This document shows, piece by piece, positions 9,215-18,607 of a stretch of 41,000 nucleotides of DNA. The stretch covers positions 1 to 41,000 of the forward strand of contig JBEKDF010000025.1 of assembly GCA_050014495.1 (NCBI GenBank), written 5' to 3'. The DNA is from Candidatus Bathyarchaeia archaeon (GTDB lineage Archaea > Thermoproteota > Bathyarchaeia > TCS64). Numbering within the stretch: the stretch's first letter is position 1; each line of letters starts with the position of its first letter. Position numbers and translations under genes: made by a program. The notes under the pieces were generated by a model that saw nothing but the letters and a program-made list of their open reading frames with translations, did not search any database and was not told where the DNA came from.

Positions 9215-10059
9215 GCCATAAACAATGTAGCGCCCCCTTCAGCAACACCCCGCCATACAGGATCGTTAAGAAGCGGACCATGACCCCAAACGTGAAGATG
9301 CTCGAGGTTGAGGCTGAGGTCGTCGCGAAGCGGGGGAAGCCTGGACAGTTCGTCATCCTCAGGGTGGATGAGAGAGGGGAGAGGATTCCGATTACCCTCG
9401 GTGGGACTCATCCCAAAAAGGGCACCATCACTCTATACATCGCGGAGGTCGGGTCTTCCTCTCAGCAGCTCGGAGCCCTCAATGTGGGCGATAGCATCCT
9501 CAACCTCTCAGGGCCCCTCGGGAACCCGACTGAGGTTAAGGGATATGGAAACGTCCTCTGCGTCGCAAACGGCGTCTTCATCGGCGCCCATGTATTCCTT
9601 GTCAAATCCCTAAAGAGAGAAGGAAACAGGATTTTCTCGGTGATTGGGGCGAGGACCCCTGATCAACTCTTCATGGTTGACGAGGCGAGGAAGGCAAGCG
9701 ATGAGTCCCTAGTCGCTGAAGACGGGGAGGGCTTTGGCTTACTCAAAAGGCTATTCGCCGAGAAGCGGTTCGACCACGTCTTCACAATTGGTTCAACGAG
9801 CATGCAGCGGTTCGTCTTAGACCTGACGAGGCCGTTAGGTATACCGACGACGGTGAGCCTCTTTCCGATAATGGTTGATGGTTCCGGTATGTGCGGCGCA
9901 TGCAGGGTGACGGTTGGTGGCCACACGAGATTCGCATGCGTTAATGGCCCCGACTTCGACGGCCACGATGTCGACTTCGATGAACTCGTCTCGAGGATGA
10001 GGTACTACACGCCGCAGGAGAAGATCACGATGGTCCTGAGGGAGAGAGGGGTGCTCTGA
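9211..10059 (+). CDS. nfnA: NfnA/SudB-like ferredoxin-NAD(P) reductase small subunit (FAD, [2Fe-2S])
   Basis: 'PGQFVILRVDERGERIPITL', 'GPLGNP', 'IMVDGSGMCGACRV...CVNGPDFDGH'; nucleotide-binding loop atypical. Confidence 0.85.
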   Translation: MSHKQCSAPFSNTPPYRIVKKRTMTPNVKMLEVEAEVVAKRGKPGQFVILRVDERGERIPITLGGTHPKKGTITLYIAEVGSSSQQLGALNVGDSILNLSGPLGNPTEVKGYGNVLCVANGVFIGAHVFLVKSLKREGNRIFSVIGARTPDQLFMVDEARKASDESLVAEDGEGFGLLKRLFAEKRFDHVFTIGSTSMQRFVLDLTRPLGIPTTVSLFPIMVDGSGMCGACRVTVGGHTRFACVNGPDFDGHDVDFDELVSRMRYYTPQEKITMVLRERGVL

Positions 10060-11450
10060 TGCCAATTGGACCTCAGATAGAGATGCCGAAGCAGAGCCCG
10101 GAGCAGAGGACTCGTAACTTCGATGAGGTAGCGTGTGGATATGACGAGGGAATGGCGGCAGCGGAGGCGTCTCGATGCCTCACCTGCCCGAAGCCACAGT
10201 GTGTCCCAGGATGCCCAGTTGGGGTGGACATACCTGGCTTCATACGCCTCGTCAAGGAGGGAAAGCCGGTGGAGGCTGCTCGCAGGATAAAGCAGATGAA
10301 CGCACTCCCGGCAATCTGCGGTAGAGTCTGCCCCCAGGAGGAGCAGTGCCAGAAAAACTGCGTCCTTGGGGTGAGAGGGGCCCCCGTTGCCATAGGGCGC
10401 CTAGAGCGCTTCGTCTCAGATATAGAGAGGGTGAGCGGCGTCGAGATGCCAGAGATCGTCTCCTCGACCGGGAAGCGTGTAGCCGTTGTCGGTTCCGGGC
10501 CAGCCGGGCTCACAGTTGCGGCTGAGCTTGTCAAGCTCGGCCATGAGGTCGATGTATACGAGTCACTTCATGAGGCGGGGGGCGTGCTCATGTACGGCAT
10601 CCCCCAGTTTAGGCTCCCCAAGGAGATCGTCCAATCCGAGATAGAGTACGTTAGGAAACTCGGTGTGAAGATGCACCTCGACTCCACCGTTGGGAGGATC
10701 GCCACGGTCTCGGAGTTGCTTGGGGGCGGCTTTGACGCCATCTTCATCGGGAGCGGAGCGGGGCTCCCAAATTTCTTAGAGGTCCCCGGCGAGAACCTGA
10801 ATGGCGTCTACTCCGCCAACGAGTTCCTGATCCGCACGAACCTGATGAAGGCGTACAAATTCCCCGAATATCGGACACCTATTCAGGTTGGGAAGCGGGT
10901 TGCAGTGATCGGCGGTGGAAACGTTGCAATGGACTCGGCGCGGTGCGCGCTCAGGCTCGGCGCTGAGAAGGTGTACATTGTCTACAGGAGGGGGCTCGAG
11001 GAGCTACCAGCGCGGCATGAGGAGGTTGAGAACGCGAGGGAGGAGGGGGTCATCTTTGAGCTGTTGACTAACCCGATGAGGTTCTTGGGTGACTCTCGGG
11101 GCTACCTGTCGAGGATGGAGTGTGTGAAGATGAGGCTCGGCGAACCCGACTCATCTGGTAGGAGGAGGCCAATACCTGTGGAGGGGTCGAACTTCTTCAT
11201 TGACGTGGAGAACGCTGTAGTTGCGGTTGGGCAGTCCCCGAACCCCATCATCCAGCAGACGACGGTTGGACTGGAGGTGAGTCGCCACGGTACGATCGTC
11301 GTGGATGAGGAGACGATGGGGACAACCCTTGAGGGGGTCTACGCTGGAGGTGACGTTGTGAGCGGAGCAGCGACAGTGATAAGCGCAATGGGAGCCGGGA
11401 AGACGGCCGCGAAGGCTATCCACAAATACGTCATGGAGAAGAGGGCCTAG
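10059..11450 (+). CDS. nfnB: NfnB/SudA (GltD-like) flavin/Fe-S large subunit
   Basis: 'EASRCLTC...CVPGCPV', 'CGRVCPQEEQC', GSGPAG, 'GGGNVAMD', 'YRR', 'GAATVISAMGAG'. Confidence 0.9.
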   Translation: MPIGPQIEMPKQSPEQRTRNFDEVACGYDEGMAAAEASRCLTCPKPQCVPGCPVGVDIPGFIRLVKEGKPVEAARRIKQMNALPAICGRVCPQEEQCQKNCVLGVRGAPVAIGRLERFVSDIERVSGVEMPEIVSSTGKRVAVVGSGPAGLTVAAELVKLGHEVDVYESLHEAGGVLMYGIPQFRLPKEIVQSEIEYVRKLGVKMHLDSTVGRIATVSELLGGGFDAIFIGSGAGLPNFLEVPGENLNGVYSANEFLIRTNLMKAYKFPEYRTPIQVGKRVAVIGGGNVAMDSARCALRLGAEKVYIVYRRGLEELPARHEEVENAREEGVIFELLTNPMRFLGDSRGYLSRMECVKMRLGEPDSSGRRRPIPVEGSNFFIDVENAVVAVGQSPNPIIQQTTVGLEVSRHGTIVVDEETMGTTLEGVYAGGDVVSGAATVISAMGAGKTAAKAIHKYVMEKRA

Positions 11451-11683
11451 CTCTCTTCGCGGATGTAGCAAGTCATCGTCGTTGATACGCCATAAATATC
11501 CCTGATCTTGTTGAGGACGAGGTCCTCCATGTCCTCGAGGGTCTTGACCTCGATCTTCGCGCTTATGTCGTAGGGGCCGTAGAGGAAGTGGGCCTCTTTT
11601 ACGCCGCGGAGGTGTCTGATTTCGTCGAGAACCTGCTTCTCTATCCTCGGGTCTACCTTGATGAGTGTTATTGCGCGCTCCAT
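11447..11683 (-). CDS. Stand-alone Lrp/AsnC ligand-binding (RAM) domain protein
   Basis: 78 aa 'GVKEAHFLYGPYDI...KIRDIYGVSTTMT'. Confidence 0.85.
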   Translation of the reverse strand: MERAITLIKVDPRIEKQVLDEIRHLRGVKEAHFLYGPYDISAKIEVKTLEDMEDLVLNKIRDIYGVSTTMTCYIREES

Positions 11684-11755
11684 GTGACTCCCACATTTGT
11701 GTGGGTATTTACAGTATTTATCACTATTTTTCTGGGGGACTGGGATAACTGGTGG

Positions 11756-12010
11756 TTACTTCTTTTTCGTTGGAAGAACGAGGCAGGTCATGGTTTCCTT
11801 GATGCTTTTTATATTTCTTAGTGAGGTGACGGTCTTATCGAGTTCTTCCTGGGTGTCCACCTCAGCTATTAGGTAAAAGTCGTAGGGGCCGGCGATGTAC
11901 TCGGTGTCCTTGACCCCGGGTAGGGAGGAGATCTTCGCAAGGGTCTCAGGGATCTTCACGCCGCTGGCTTGACTTTCCAGTTGGCCAAGGATAAGCGCCT
12001 TTCTGACCAT
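11756..12010 (-). CDS. Stand-alone Lrp/AsnC ligand-binding (RAM) domain protein
   Basis: 'LPGVKDTEYIAGPYDFY...IKETMTC'; ATG at 12010 preferred. Confidence 0.8.
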   Translation of the reverse strand: MVRKALILGQLESQASGVKIPETLAKISSLPGVKDTEYIAGPYDFYLIAEVDTQEELDKTVTSLRNIKSIKETMTCLVLPTKKK

Positions 12011-12149
12011 CTTGATCATCAGTGGAATTCTTGAGGATTTAAGAATTCCCGCTTCTCGCGCGTGCACTCGAATCAGATGGCAAAGCCTAGTCTCGACTGC
12101 GGGTAGTAAGGTATACTAATAAAAGACATATACACAAATTGATTGATAA

Positions 12150-13136
12150 ATGACAGAAAATCGCTTTATCGAAAATGAAGAAATAAAATGGCTAGTCGAT
12201 GAAATCCCTGTTTACGGGACCTTGACGCGCCCTAAAGACGAAGATTCTCACTCCGCCATGGTCTTCGTCGCAGGCAGTGGTCCAACAGACAGGGACTGGT
12301 GTTCCCCACTCCTACCCGGCAAAAACGGCAGCGCTAAACTATTAGCCGAAGAACTAGCAACTCATAGAATCCTAACTCTACGTTATGATAAACGCGCCTC
12401 CGGGCCACATGTTCGAGAGAACATTCCTAAGATGATGGGCAAAATCAGTATGCAAAGCCATGTAGATGAGCTATCCGGCGCAGCTGAGACACTAATCAAC
12501 AGAAAATACACGACCAAGGATAATCTCTTTGTTCTGACGAGCAGTGAAGGAGCAATCCACACCCTAAACTACCAACTGCAGTCAAAAGTCAACCACTTCA
12601 AAGGACTGATACTGACCGGTGCCCCCGGGCGATCGATCGGGGATTTAGGGCGCAGCCAAATCTACAGTCAAATTAGGTCTTTGCCTGACGCAGATAACAT
12701 CATGAAGCGTTATGACGACGGCATCGCCGCATTCGTCTCAGGTAATCCAGTGGTACCAGATCCTTCACTGCCTGATGGTATCAAGCAATTGCTGCTTGCT
12801 TTGGCGACCCCAGCTAACTTGCCTTTTGCTCGGGAGCTGTGGAAGTATGATCCTTCGGAGTTTTTAGCGAAGGTGGATGAGCCCGTACTGGTCGTTATCG
12901 GTAAGAAGGATATACAGGTCGATTGGCGGGTTGATGGTCAAGCACTAGAGGTGGCGACTCATGATAGGAATAATGTGTCTTTTGTCTATCCAGATAACGC
13001 TGATCATGTTTTGAAACACGAGGAAAGACCCCGTGAACAACTTAACGCTGAGGTCTCCTTACGTTACAACGCTCAAGATCGGAGTCTCGACAGTGATGCA
13101 GTAAACGCGATTCTAAACTGGTTCACTGGAAAATGA
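12150..13136 (+). CDS. Alpha/beta fold hydrolase
   Basis: 'GSGPTDRD', 'RYDKR', nucleophile elbow 'TSSEG', 'PVLVVIGKKDIQV', 'DHVLK'. Confidence 0.85.
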   Translation: MTENRFIENEEIKWLVDEIPVYGTLTRPKDEDSHSAMVFVAGSGPTDRDWCSPLLPGKNGSAKLLAEELATHRILTLRYDKRASGPHVRENIPKMMGKISMQSHVDELSGAAETLINRKYTTKDNLFVLTSSEGAIHTLNYQLQSKVNHFKGLILTGAPGRSIGDLGRSQIYSQIRSLPDADNIMKRYDDGIAAFVSGNPVVPDPSLPDGIKQLLLALATPANLPFARELWKYDPSEFLAKVDEPVLVVIGKKDIQVDWRVDGQALEVATHDRNNVSFVYPDNADHVLKHEERPREQLNAEVSLRYNAQDRSLDSDAVNAILNWFTGK

Positions 13137-13193
13137 TGAGCGAATGTTTCATAGATCGGTCGAGTCTAATAATTTGGATTTAATACAAATATT

Positions 13194-13209
13194 CGCGCAC
13201 GCGCATGCG
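13194..13209. repeat. Intergenic alternating purine-pyrimidine GCGC tract
   Basis: CGCGCACGCGCATGCG. Confidence 0.8.
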
Positions 13210-13255
13210 ATATTATGGCTATACTTCTTATAATAAGGGTTCATGCCTTACGGTG

Positions 13256-13915
13256 ATGAAATCCGGTGACGCTGGTAAGCATCCACGCCTTCACGTTGAC
13301 TCACAGATGTTTCCCACCATTGCCCTGGCCGGAATCTCCTACTTCGGCTTAGCTGTCCTAATCCTCCATGCGCTGCCAACAGGCTACAGCCCTCTTAACC
13401 AAGCCGTAAGCGATTACGGCGTCGGGCAATATGCGTGGTTAATGGATACTGCCTTCATCGCCATAGGAATAGGCACAGTGTCTCTAGCGATCTCCCTGTC
13501 CAAATTCACGCTGGGAAGCTATGGTGGTTTTGGTGTTCGGTCACTCTACGTATCCGGCGTTTGCTTCTTTTTAGTCGGGTTCTTCCCCACCGACCTTGAG
13601 GGGACCTCAGTGACATTCGTAGGAGCGATGCACACGCTCCTCAGCGTGATCGTGTTCCTGGGAAACATCCTGGCTGCGCTTACGATATCACGCGGGTTTC
13701 TCTTATCCGAGCCACTGCGTCCTTTCTATAAATCCTCGCTGATTCTCGCTGTGGCAGAGGTTGTTATCCTTGTGATTACAAAGCCCTTCATGGAACCCTC
13801 AGCGAGCATTCGCGGCCTTGCCGAGCGCGCCTTCATTTTTTCATTCTACCTATGGCTGTTGTTGGCTTCGATCAGAGTTCGAAGGGTATTTCATATGTCC
13901 GGCGTCTCCGCCTAA
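13256..13915 (+). CDS. DUF998 family membrane protein
   Basis: 'YSPLNQAVSDYGVG', 'GFFPTD', 'GLAER'; start uncertain. Confidence 0.8.
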   Translation: MKSGDAGKHPRLHVDSQMFPTIALAGISYFGLAVLILHALPTGYSPLNQAVSDYGVGQYAWLMDTAFIAIGIGTVSLAISLSKFTLGSYGGFGVRSLYVSGVCFFLVGFFPTDLEGTSVTFVGAMHTLLSVIVFLGNILAALTISRGFLLSEPLRPFYKSSLILAVAEVVILVITKPFMEPSASIRGLAERAFIFSFYLWLLLASIRVRRVFHMSGVSA

Positions 13916-14122
13916 AACAGGTGCGCGCGTACAGCAGAATCTACATTGAATACGGGATTACATGCGCTTCAGTTAGTGTAGTAAAGGAGTGAACGCTATA
14001 AAACCCCTGTTCTCATGCACGCGGGGTACAGTCTTCATAGTCATATTGCCGATGAATGGATCGAATCTCGTTGAAAAAGACTCAGAAAAGATCGCATCGC
14101 TCTTTAACTAAGAACTTTTACG

Positions 14123-14150
14123 CACTTGATATAACAGGTAGCCAATGGCG
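14123..14150 (+). repeat. 28-bp element copy 2
   Basis: CACTTGATATAACAGGTAGCCAATGGCG; 26/28 identical to copy 3. Confidence 0.75.
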
Positions 14151-14280
14151 CCTTTAATCAAATTTGCGTGCGCATCTTTTTTTCGGAATGAGTTACCTGA
14201 GTTTTTACATGTATAACTTGTTTATTTTAAATCTCGATAAATATCCATCTAGTACAAACAATCGATAGGGGAGACGTAAC

Positions 14281-15519
14281 TTGAGTCTGAAAGGCTATGA
14301 GACGAAGCTGAACGTGGCTAGGATTAGCATCTATGATTTACCTCGGCGAATAATCTTCGCCACAGGTGCTGTGCAGGAATTTGTTGGTCCCGAGACACAG
14401 AGGCTCGGAGGTAAGAGAGTTCTTGTGGTCACTGATCGGGGCGTCAAGAAAGTCGGTATAGCTGATGCAGTTGCGGAACAACTGAGGAATCGTGGCTTAG
14501 ATGTTGAGATCTACGATCAGATATCCGCTGAACCCACTTCGGATAGCATGAGGGCTGCTGTGGCGTTCGGTCGGGAGGTAGACTACGACCTCGTCGTTGG
14601 AGTGGGGGGTGGCGCTGTGCTGGACACGGCGAAGATGGTGGCTCTCTGTCTGACGAATCCCGGGGACGTGATGAACTATATGGACCCTGTGGAGGATAGG
14701 AGCAAGGTTGCGGCGAGGCCAAAGATACTTATCCCGACAACCTCTGGCACAGGCAGCGAAGTTTCAAACTACTCAGTCGTAATCGAGGGCCTATACAAGA
14801 CGTGGGCAGCCAGCAGTAACCTCCTGGCGGATGTGGCTTTAGTCGACCCCCTGATGGTGATCTCCTGTCCACCCAAGCAGACGGCCGGAAGCGCAATGGA
14901 CGCCCTGTCACACAACGTCGAGGCCTTGATAGATAGAGAAGCTAACCCTATATCGGACTCTCAGGCGCTAGAGGCCACGAAGATCGTTTTCGGATACGCG
15001 AGAAGGGCTTACCACACGGGTGATGACCTAGAGGCGAGATGGTACATGGCCGTTGCCGCGAACTTGGGAGGCACGGTGATCGCCTACCCTTGGATCGGGG
15101 GCCCTGCGATCCTGGGTCACTGCATCGCGGAAGCCCTGGGGCCTCGTTGGAAAGTACCGCACGGTGTTGCGTGTGGAGTTGTCCTACCCTACATACTCCA
15201 GTTCAATCTCCCTGCATGCATCGAGAAACTCGCATATGTTTCGAGGCAGGTGCTGGGTGACGAAGTAATTGGCTTATCTCCGCGTGAAGCGGCTAACAGA
15301 TTCGTCTATAGGGTAAGGGAGCTACTGGAGGACCTGGAGCTGCCGACGAATCTGAAACAGATCGGCATCCCAGAAGGAGAGATCGACGGGTTCGCGGAGT
15401 ATATCTTCAAAGAACGCCAGCACCTGTACAGCCTCCACAGATTCAACCCTAGGAAACTGACTTTGGAGAACACGAGGGAGCTGATGCACGAGGTGTACGA
15501 TGGAACTCTATCGGGTTGA
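14281..15519 (+). CDS. Iron-containing alcohol dehydrogenase family protein
   Basis: 'GVGGGAVLDTAK', 'IPTTSGTGSE', metal ligands 'DALSH', 'GH', 'PHG'. Confidence 0.92.
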   Translation: MSLKGYETKLNVARISIYDLPRRIIFATGAVQEFVGPETQRLGGKRVLVVTDRGVKKVGIADAVAEQLRNRGLDVEIYDQISAEPTSDSMRAAVAFGREVDYDLVVGVGGGAVLDTAKMVALCLTNPGDVMNYMDPVEDRSKVAARPKILIPTTSGTGSEVSNYSVVIEGLYKTWAASSNLLADVALVDPLMVISCPPKQTAGSAMDALSHNVEALIDREANPISDSQALEATKIVFGYARRAYHTGDDLEARWYMAVAANLGGTVIAYPWIGGPAILGHCIAEALGPRWKVPHGVACGVVLPYILQFNLPACIEKLAYVSRQVLGDEVIGLSPREAANRFVYRVRELLEDLELPTNLKQIGIPEGEIDGFAEYIFKERQHLYSLHRFNPRKLTLENTRELMHEVYDGTLSG

Positions 15520-15613
15520 GGCTTCTTTCCCGCTAAGGAGGGGTAACCATGTGCCTCGTCTCGCCTCGTTCTCTTTCACTTGTGTGCGCAATCTCTCTTC
15601 TCTAGCACTATTA

Positions 15614-16372
15614 TCAGTGTTCAGCGACGCGACCAGTTAATTTTAACCTCTCATCTCTACCTATCGGGCACGCCCTCTGGCATGTACTGCACATCAGCCA
15701 CGTGTTTTCAGTGAGCGATGGATTATGTTCAAAATAGATGTCCTTTAACCCATCAGAGAACCTCTCCTCCCAGGTAATTCCTAGAAGACATTTATCTGGA
15801 TTCACTTTATAGGGTGTCAAAGCGGCAACGGGACAGGACTTTACACACGCCTCACACTGTCCACACAGATCCTCTTTGAAGGGCTCATCTGGTATCAACT
15901 CGGCATCGGTCAAGATGCTCCTGAGCCTGATCCAGGGACCATAAACTGGGTTAATTATCAGGCTGTTTTTACCGAAATTCCCCAAACCCGCGAGCTGAGC
16001 CATACGTTTCTTAGATAGGTGATCGGGTTCGAGAATAGTCTTGTATCCCTCTCCGTTCAGGAACCGCATCATCCTGCGTGCGTATAACCGTCCTCTCCAT
16101 TCGTCAGGGTACTCGTTGTTATCCCCAACCTTTATGACTACGTCGAAGAGGTTGTCCCAGACCCTTATGCCGAGGATTATCAGGCTTTTGGCGTCTTCCA
16201 TATAGTCCTTGGTCTTCTTAGTCCACAGCCTGTAGTCGCGGTGGGCTATGTAGTGGCTGGGTACGGCGTCGAGTGTCTCAGCTGAGACAATTCCGACAAG
16301 GTTGAATCCGTACCTTGCTGCATTCGTTTTCACCGCTTCTGTTAGGCTACGAACCTTGGGAGAGTTTGACAT
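15614..16372 (-). CDS. QueG/reductive-dehalogenase-like 4Fe-4S dicluster protein
   Basis: 'AQLAGLGNFGKNSLIINPVYGPWIRLRSILTD', CGQCEACVKSCP, CSTCQRACP. Confidence 0.85.
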   Translation of the reverse strand: MSNSPKVRSLTEAVKTNAARYGFNLVGIVSAETLDAVPSHYIAHRDYRLWTKKTKDYMEDAKSLIILGIRVWDNLFDVVIKVGDNNEYPDEWRGRLYARRMMRFLNGEGYKTILEPDHLSKKRMAQLAGLGNFGKNSLIINPVYGPWIRLRSILTDAELIPDEPFKEDLCGQCEACVKSCPVAALTPYKVNPDKCLLGITWEERFSDGLKDIYFEHNPSLTENTWLMCSTCQRACPIGRDERLKLTGRVAEH

Positions 16373-16479
16373 TGTGGAACATATCGTCTATTAACTAAAA
16401 AACTCACTGCACACGTGGGTTGATGAGCGCGCATTTGATGCAGATACACAAGAAAAACACGACAATGATCTTACTCGTT

Positions 16480-16501
16480 TATGCGCGCACACATGTACGT
16501 G
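16480..16501. repeat. Longest alternating purine-pyrimidine tract noted (22 nt)
   Basis: TATGCGCGCACACATGTACGTG. Confidence 0.8.
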
Positions 16502-16644
16502 GTAAAATTAGGTTTTTTTAAGACCCTAAGGAGCAGAAACATGGTTTTGGACAGTTTCGTGCGCACGAATCCTCAAAAGTGTTACGGGAAGCCTTTGAGC
16601 TAAGGTTTATTTTCATTGTTTCCCATGCGTCTCGTGATTGTCTT

Positions 16645-17136
16645 ATGAGTAAGATTGACGTCAAAATGTCGGAGAAGTTCAAGGAGATGTCTAAGGTCGA
16701 GAACGACTACGCGGTTAAGCTCGAAGGAGAGGTTCGAGGTTACGGTAATGAGGTCCTTCGAGGAATCATAGGGTCGGTCGCTGTAGACAGCAAGAAGCAT
16801 GCTGGGCTCTTCGAGGCATGCGCCGCAATAACAGCCGGGGATAGCCTCAGCATCACCGAGGACGGATATAACGAGCTGGTCGAGAGCCTCAAGAAACATG
16901 TAGCCATCGAGGAGAATATGCTAAAGATCGTTAACGAAGTTCTAGCCAATACGAAGGATGATCGCATCAAAATGATGCTTAGACACATAAAGAGCGACGA
17001 GATCAGGCACAACTCCCTACTCAGGAACATGACGAAGAAGGTTGTGAAGAGGGAAGTGATACTCGAGGAGGACGTGTGGAACCAGCTCTTCAGGGACGCC
17101 CTGACTCATGGTGCCCCTCAGGGTCAATGGGAGTAG
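16645..17136 (+). CDS. Ferritin-like domain protein
   Basis: 'VEN...DSKKH...IEE...DEIRH' diiron-type spacing; ATG at 16645 preferred. Confidence 0.75.
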   Translation: MSKIDVKMSEKFKEMSKVENDYAVKLEGEVRGYGNEVLRGIIGSVAVDSKKHAGLFEACAAITAGDSLSITEDGYNELVESLKKHVAIEENMLKIVNEVLANTKDDRIKMMLRHIKSDEIRHNSLLRNMTKKVVKREVILEEDVWNQLFRDALTHGAPQGQWE

Positions 17137-17263
17137 CCAGATTAACTCTCGGTCCTTAAAACACGCGCACTATACTCTCCCTCTTATTCACATCACTGAG
17201 TCACGTGTATTCCCCATATCATACGCGCGGATCAGAGTAAAATACTGATTTTTGGCTCAATTT

Positions 17264-17545
17264 CTATTTGTTAATAATCATCGAGGGGGAGCAGATCTGT
17301 ATTGTCTGCTCGAGGACACCGGCCTCTTTGAACACCTTCTGCATTTCGGGTGTCTTCGCGAAGTCGGCGAAGTCGTGAGCCTCCACGTCGCTCCACTCGA
17401 AGATGATGTAGTGCTTGTTAGGATCATTATCGAACTGTAGTATTTCACCGCCTCTGGATCCTTTCCTGTTAGGGGCGTCACCAGTAAAAGTCTTCAACCA
17501 TTTAGAGTGATCCCTCACCTTCTCATAGATGACTACATGAACCAA
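17264..17545 (-). CDS. Small dimeric alpha/beta-barrel-like protein
   Basis: 93 aa, 'KVRDHSKW...DPN...IIFEW...AGV' pattern; GAGTGG upstream. Confidence 0.6.
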   Translation of the reverse strand: MVHVVIYEKVRDHSKWLKTFTGDAPNRKGSRGGEILQFDNDPNKHYIIFEWSDVEAHDFADFAKTPEMQKVFKEAGVLEQTIQICSPSMIINK

Positions 17546-17679
17546 GCCACTCTCATCCTCAGTTTTACCTAAGAAATCTATTTTATTAAACGTTATCAGG
17601 GCTGCAAGCTTGTCTTAAATTCATATGCACTGCATGTTCGCATTAAACAAGATCTTCATGCGCACTCCGGTGAGTTATT

Positions 17680-17691
17680 CGCGCGCGCGTA
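17680..17691. repeat. Intergenic alternating purine-pyrimidine GCGC tract
   Basis: CGCGCGCGCGTA, 3 nt from the stop of the low-GC ORF. Confidence 0.8.
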
Positions 17692-17694
17692 AAA

Positions 17695-18390
17695 TTAGAA
17701 ATATTTCAGATATCTCTCTTGGCAAAATTTAAAATAGTCACCAAATCTTTGAAACTTTGTGTAATCTATTTTCCTTATATCCTTCCTAAACTCGACAAAT
17801 CGATTGACAGATTCTAGTTGTTGATTCATTATTCTGGAAATCGCGGGATTTATCTCCGATACTATCGAAGCAAAGTGAATCGTATAAATCCCACTTTCTT
17901 GAACTTTGATATCGGGGGGAACGAAAACATTTTGCATTACAATTGTAAGGTTTGAGAAGGAATATTCTGCGTATGTTGCCTTATTCCGCTTCTTTAATTT
18001 CACTGGAAGAAGCATGTGGCCTACAAACCAGGTTGGAATATTTATTATGCTCTTGTAGCTAGATACTAGTGAATCTTCAACGACTTTCCAGTGATAAGTA
18101 CTACAAAAATGTCGGTAAACATCTTCACATGTAATAACGACTTCGTCCAAATCATTCTTAGAATATAGACAAAAATCTCTCAATCTATGAAGACCCGTGT
18201 CACTCCCAGATTCTTCCGCAATCGTAACCATTTTTTGAAAATCGAAGATTTGTTCATTCTTTTTGGACAAATAATAATCGATTAATTTTTTCTCTGCATC
18301 TTCTCGAATAGGATCTTTACAACTGAGTAAAACATTCAATAATACTTTGGCAGCTTCTCTTTCGATTTTTAGATCCAATATCCCATCCAT
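17695..18390 (-). CDS. Hypothetical protein (low GC)
   Basis: 231-aa ORF in AT-rich DNA; no recognisable motif. Confidence 0.7.
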   Translation of the reverse strand: MDGILDLKIEREAAKVLLNVLLSCKDPIREDAEKKLIDYYLSKKNEQIFDFQKMVTIAEESGSDTGLHRLRDFCLYSKNDLDEVVITCEDVYRHFCSTYHWKVVEDSLVSSYKSIINIPTWFVGHMLLPVKLKKRNKATYAEYSFSNLTIVMQNVFVPPDIKVQESGIYTIHFASIVSEINPAISRIMNQQLESVNRFVEFRKDIRKIDYTKFQRFGDYFKFCQERYLKYF

Positions 18391-18607
18391 TTAATATTTA
18401 AACAAAAGCTGAAAAATAAACTTATTTTTAAAAATACGTGTTAAATCGCGTTACTGAGCTGAGCGCAACGTGGACATCAAACGCTACACGTGCGTAATAA
18501 TGATCATTTGAAGAGGAGAATGATGATAAGTGTAAACGGGTCGTCGTCGATGAGTTAAACGAGAAGATAGTCGTAATCTGCATCGTGCAATCGGCGAAGG
18601 TGGCGTA

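Noticed and set aside
10938..10951. GCGC-rich runs inside coding regions (also 24741-24749)
   Set aside because: They encode conserved residues (ARCA, ARA) and are expected background in GC-rich codons; not counted as junctions.
4392..11696. Many 60-190 aa antisense or alternate-frame ORFs over the hdr/nfn operon (likewise over kdp and other genes)
   Set aside because: Shadow ORFs of well-supported genes, with no motifs.
11690..11705. CCCACA-TTTG-TGTGGG hairpin just upstream of the 11683 start codon
   Set aside because: A 6-bp stem can arise by chance; no further support for a regulatory role.
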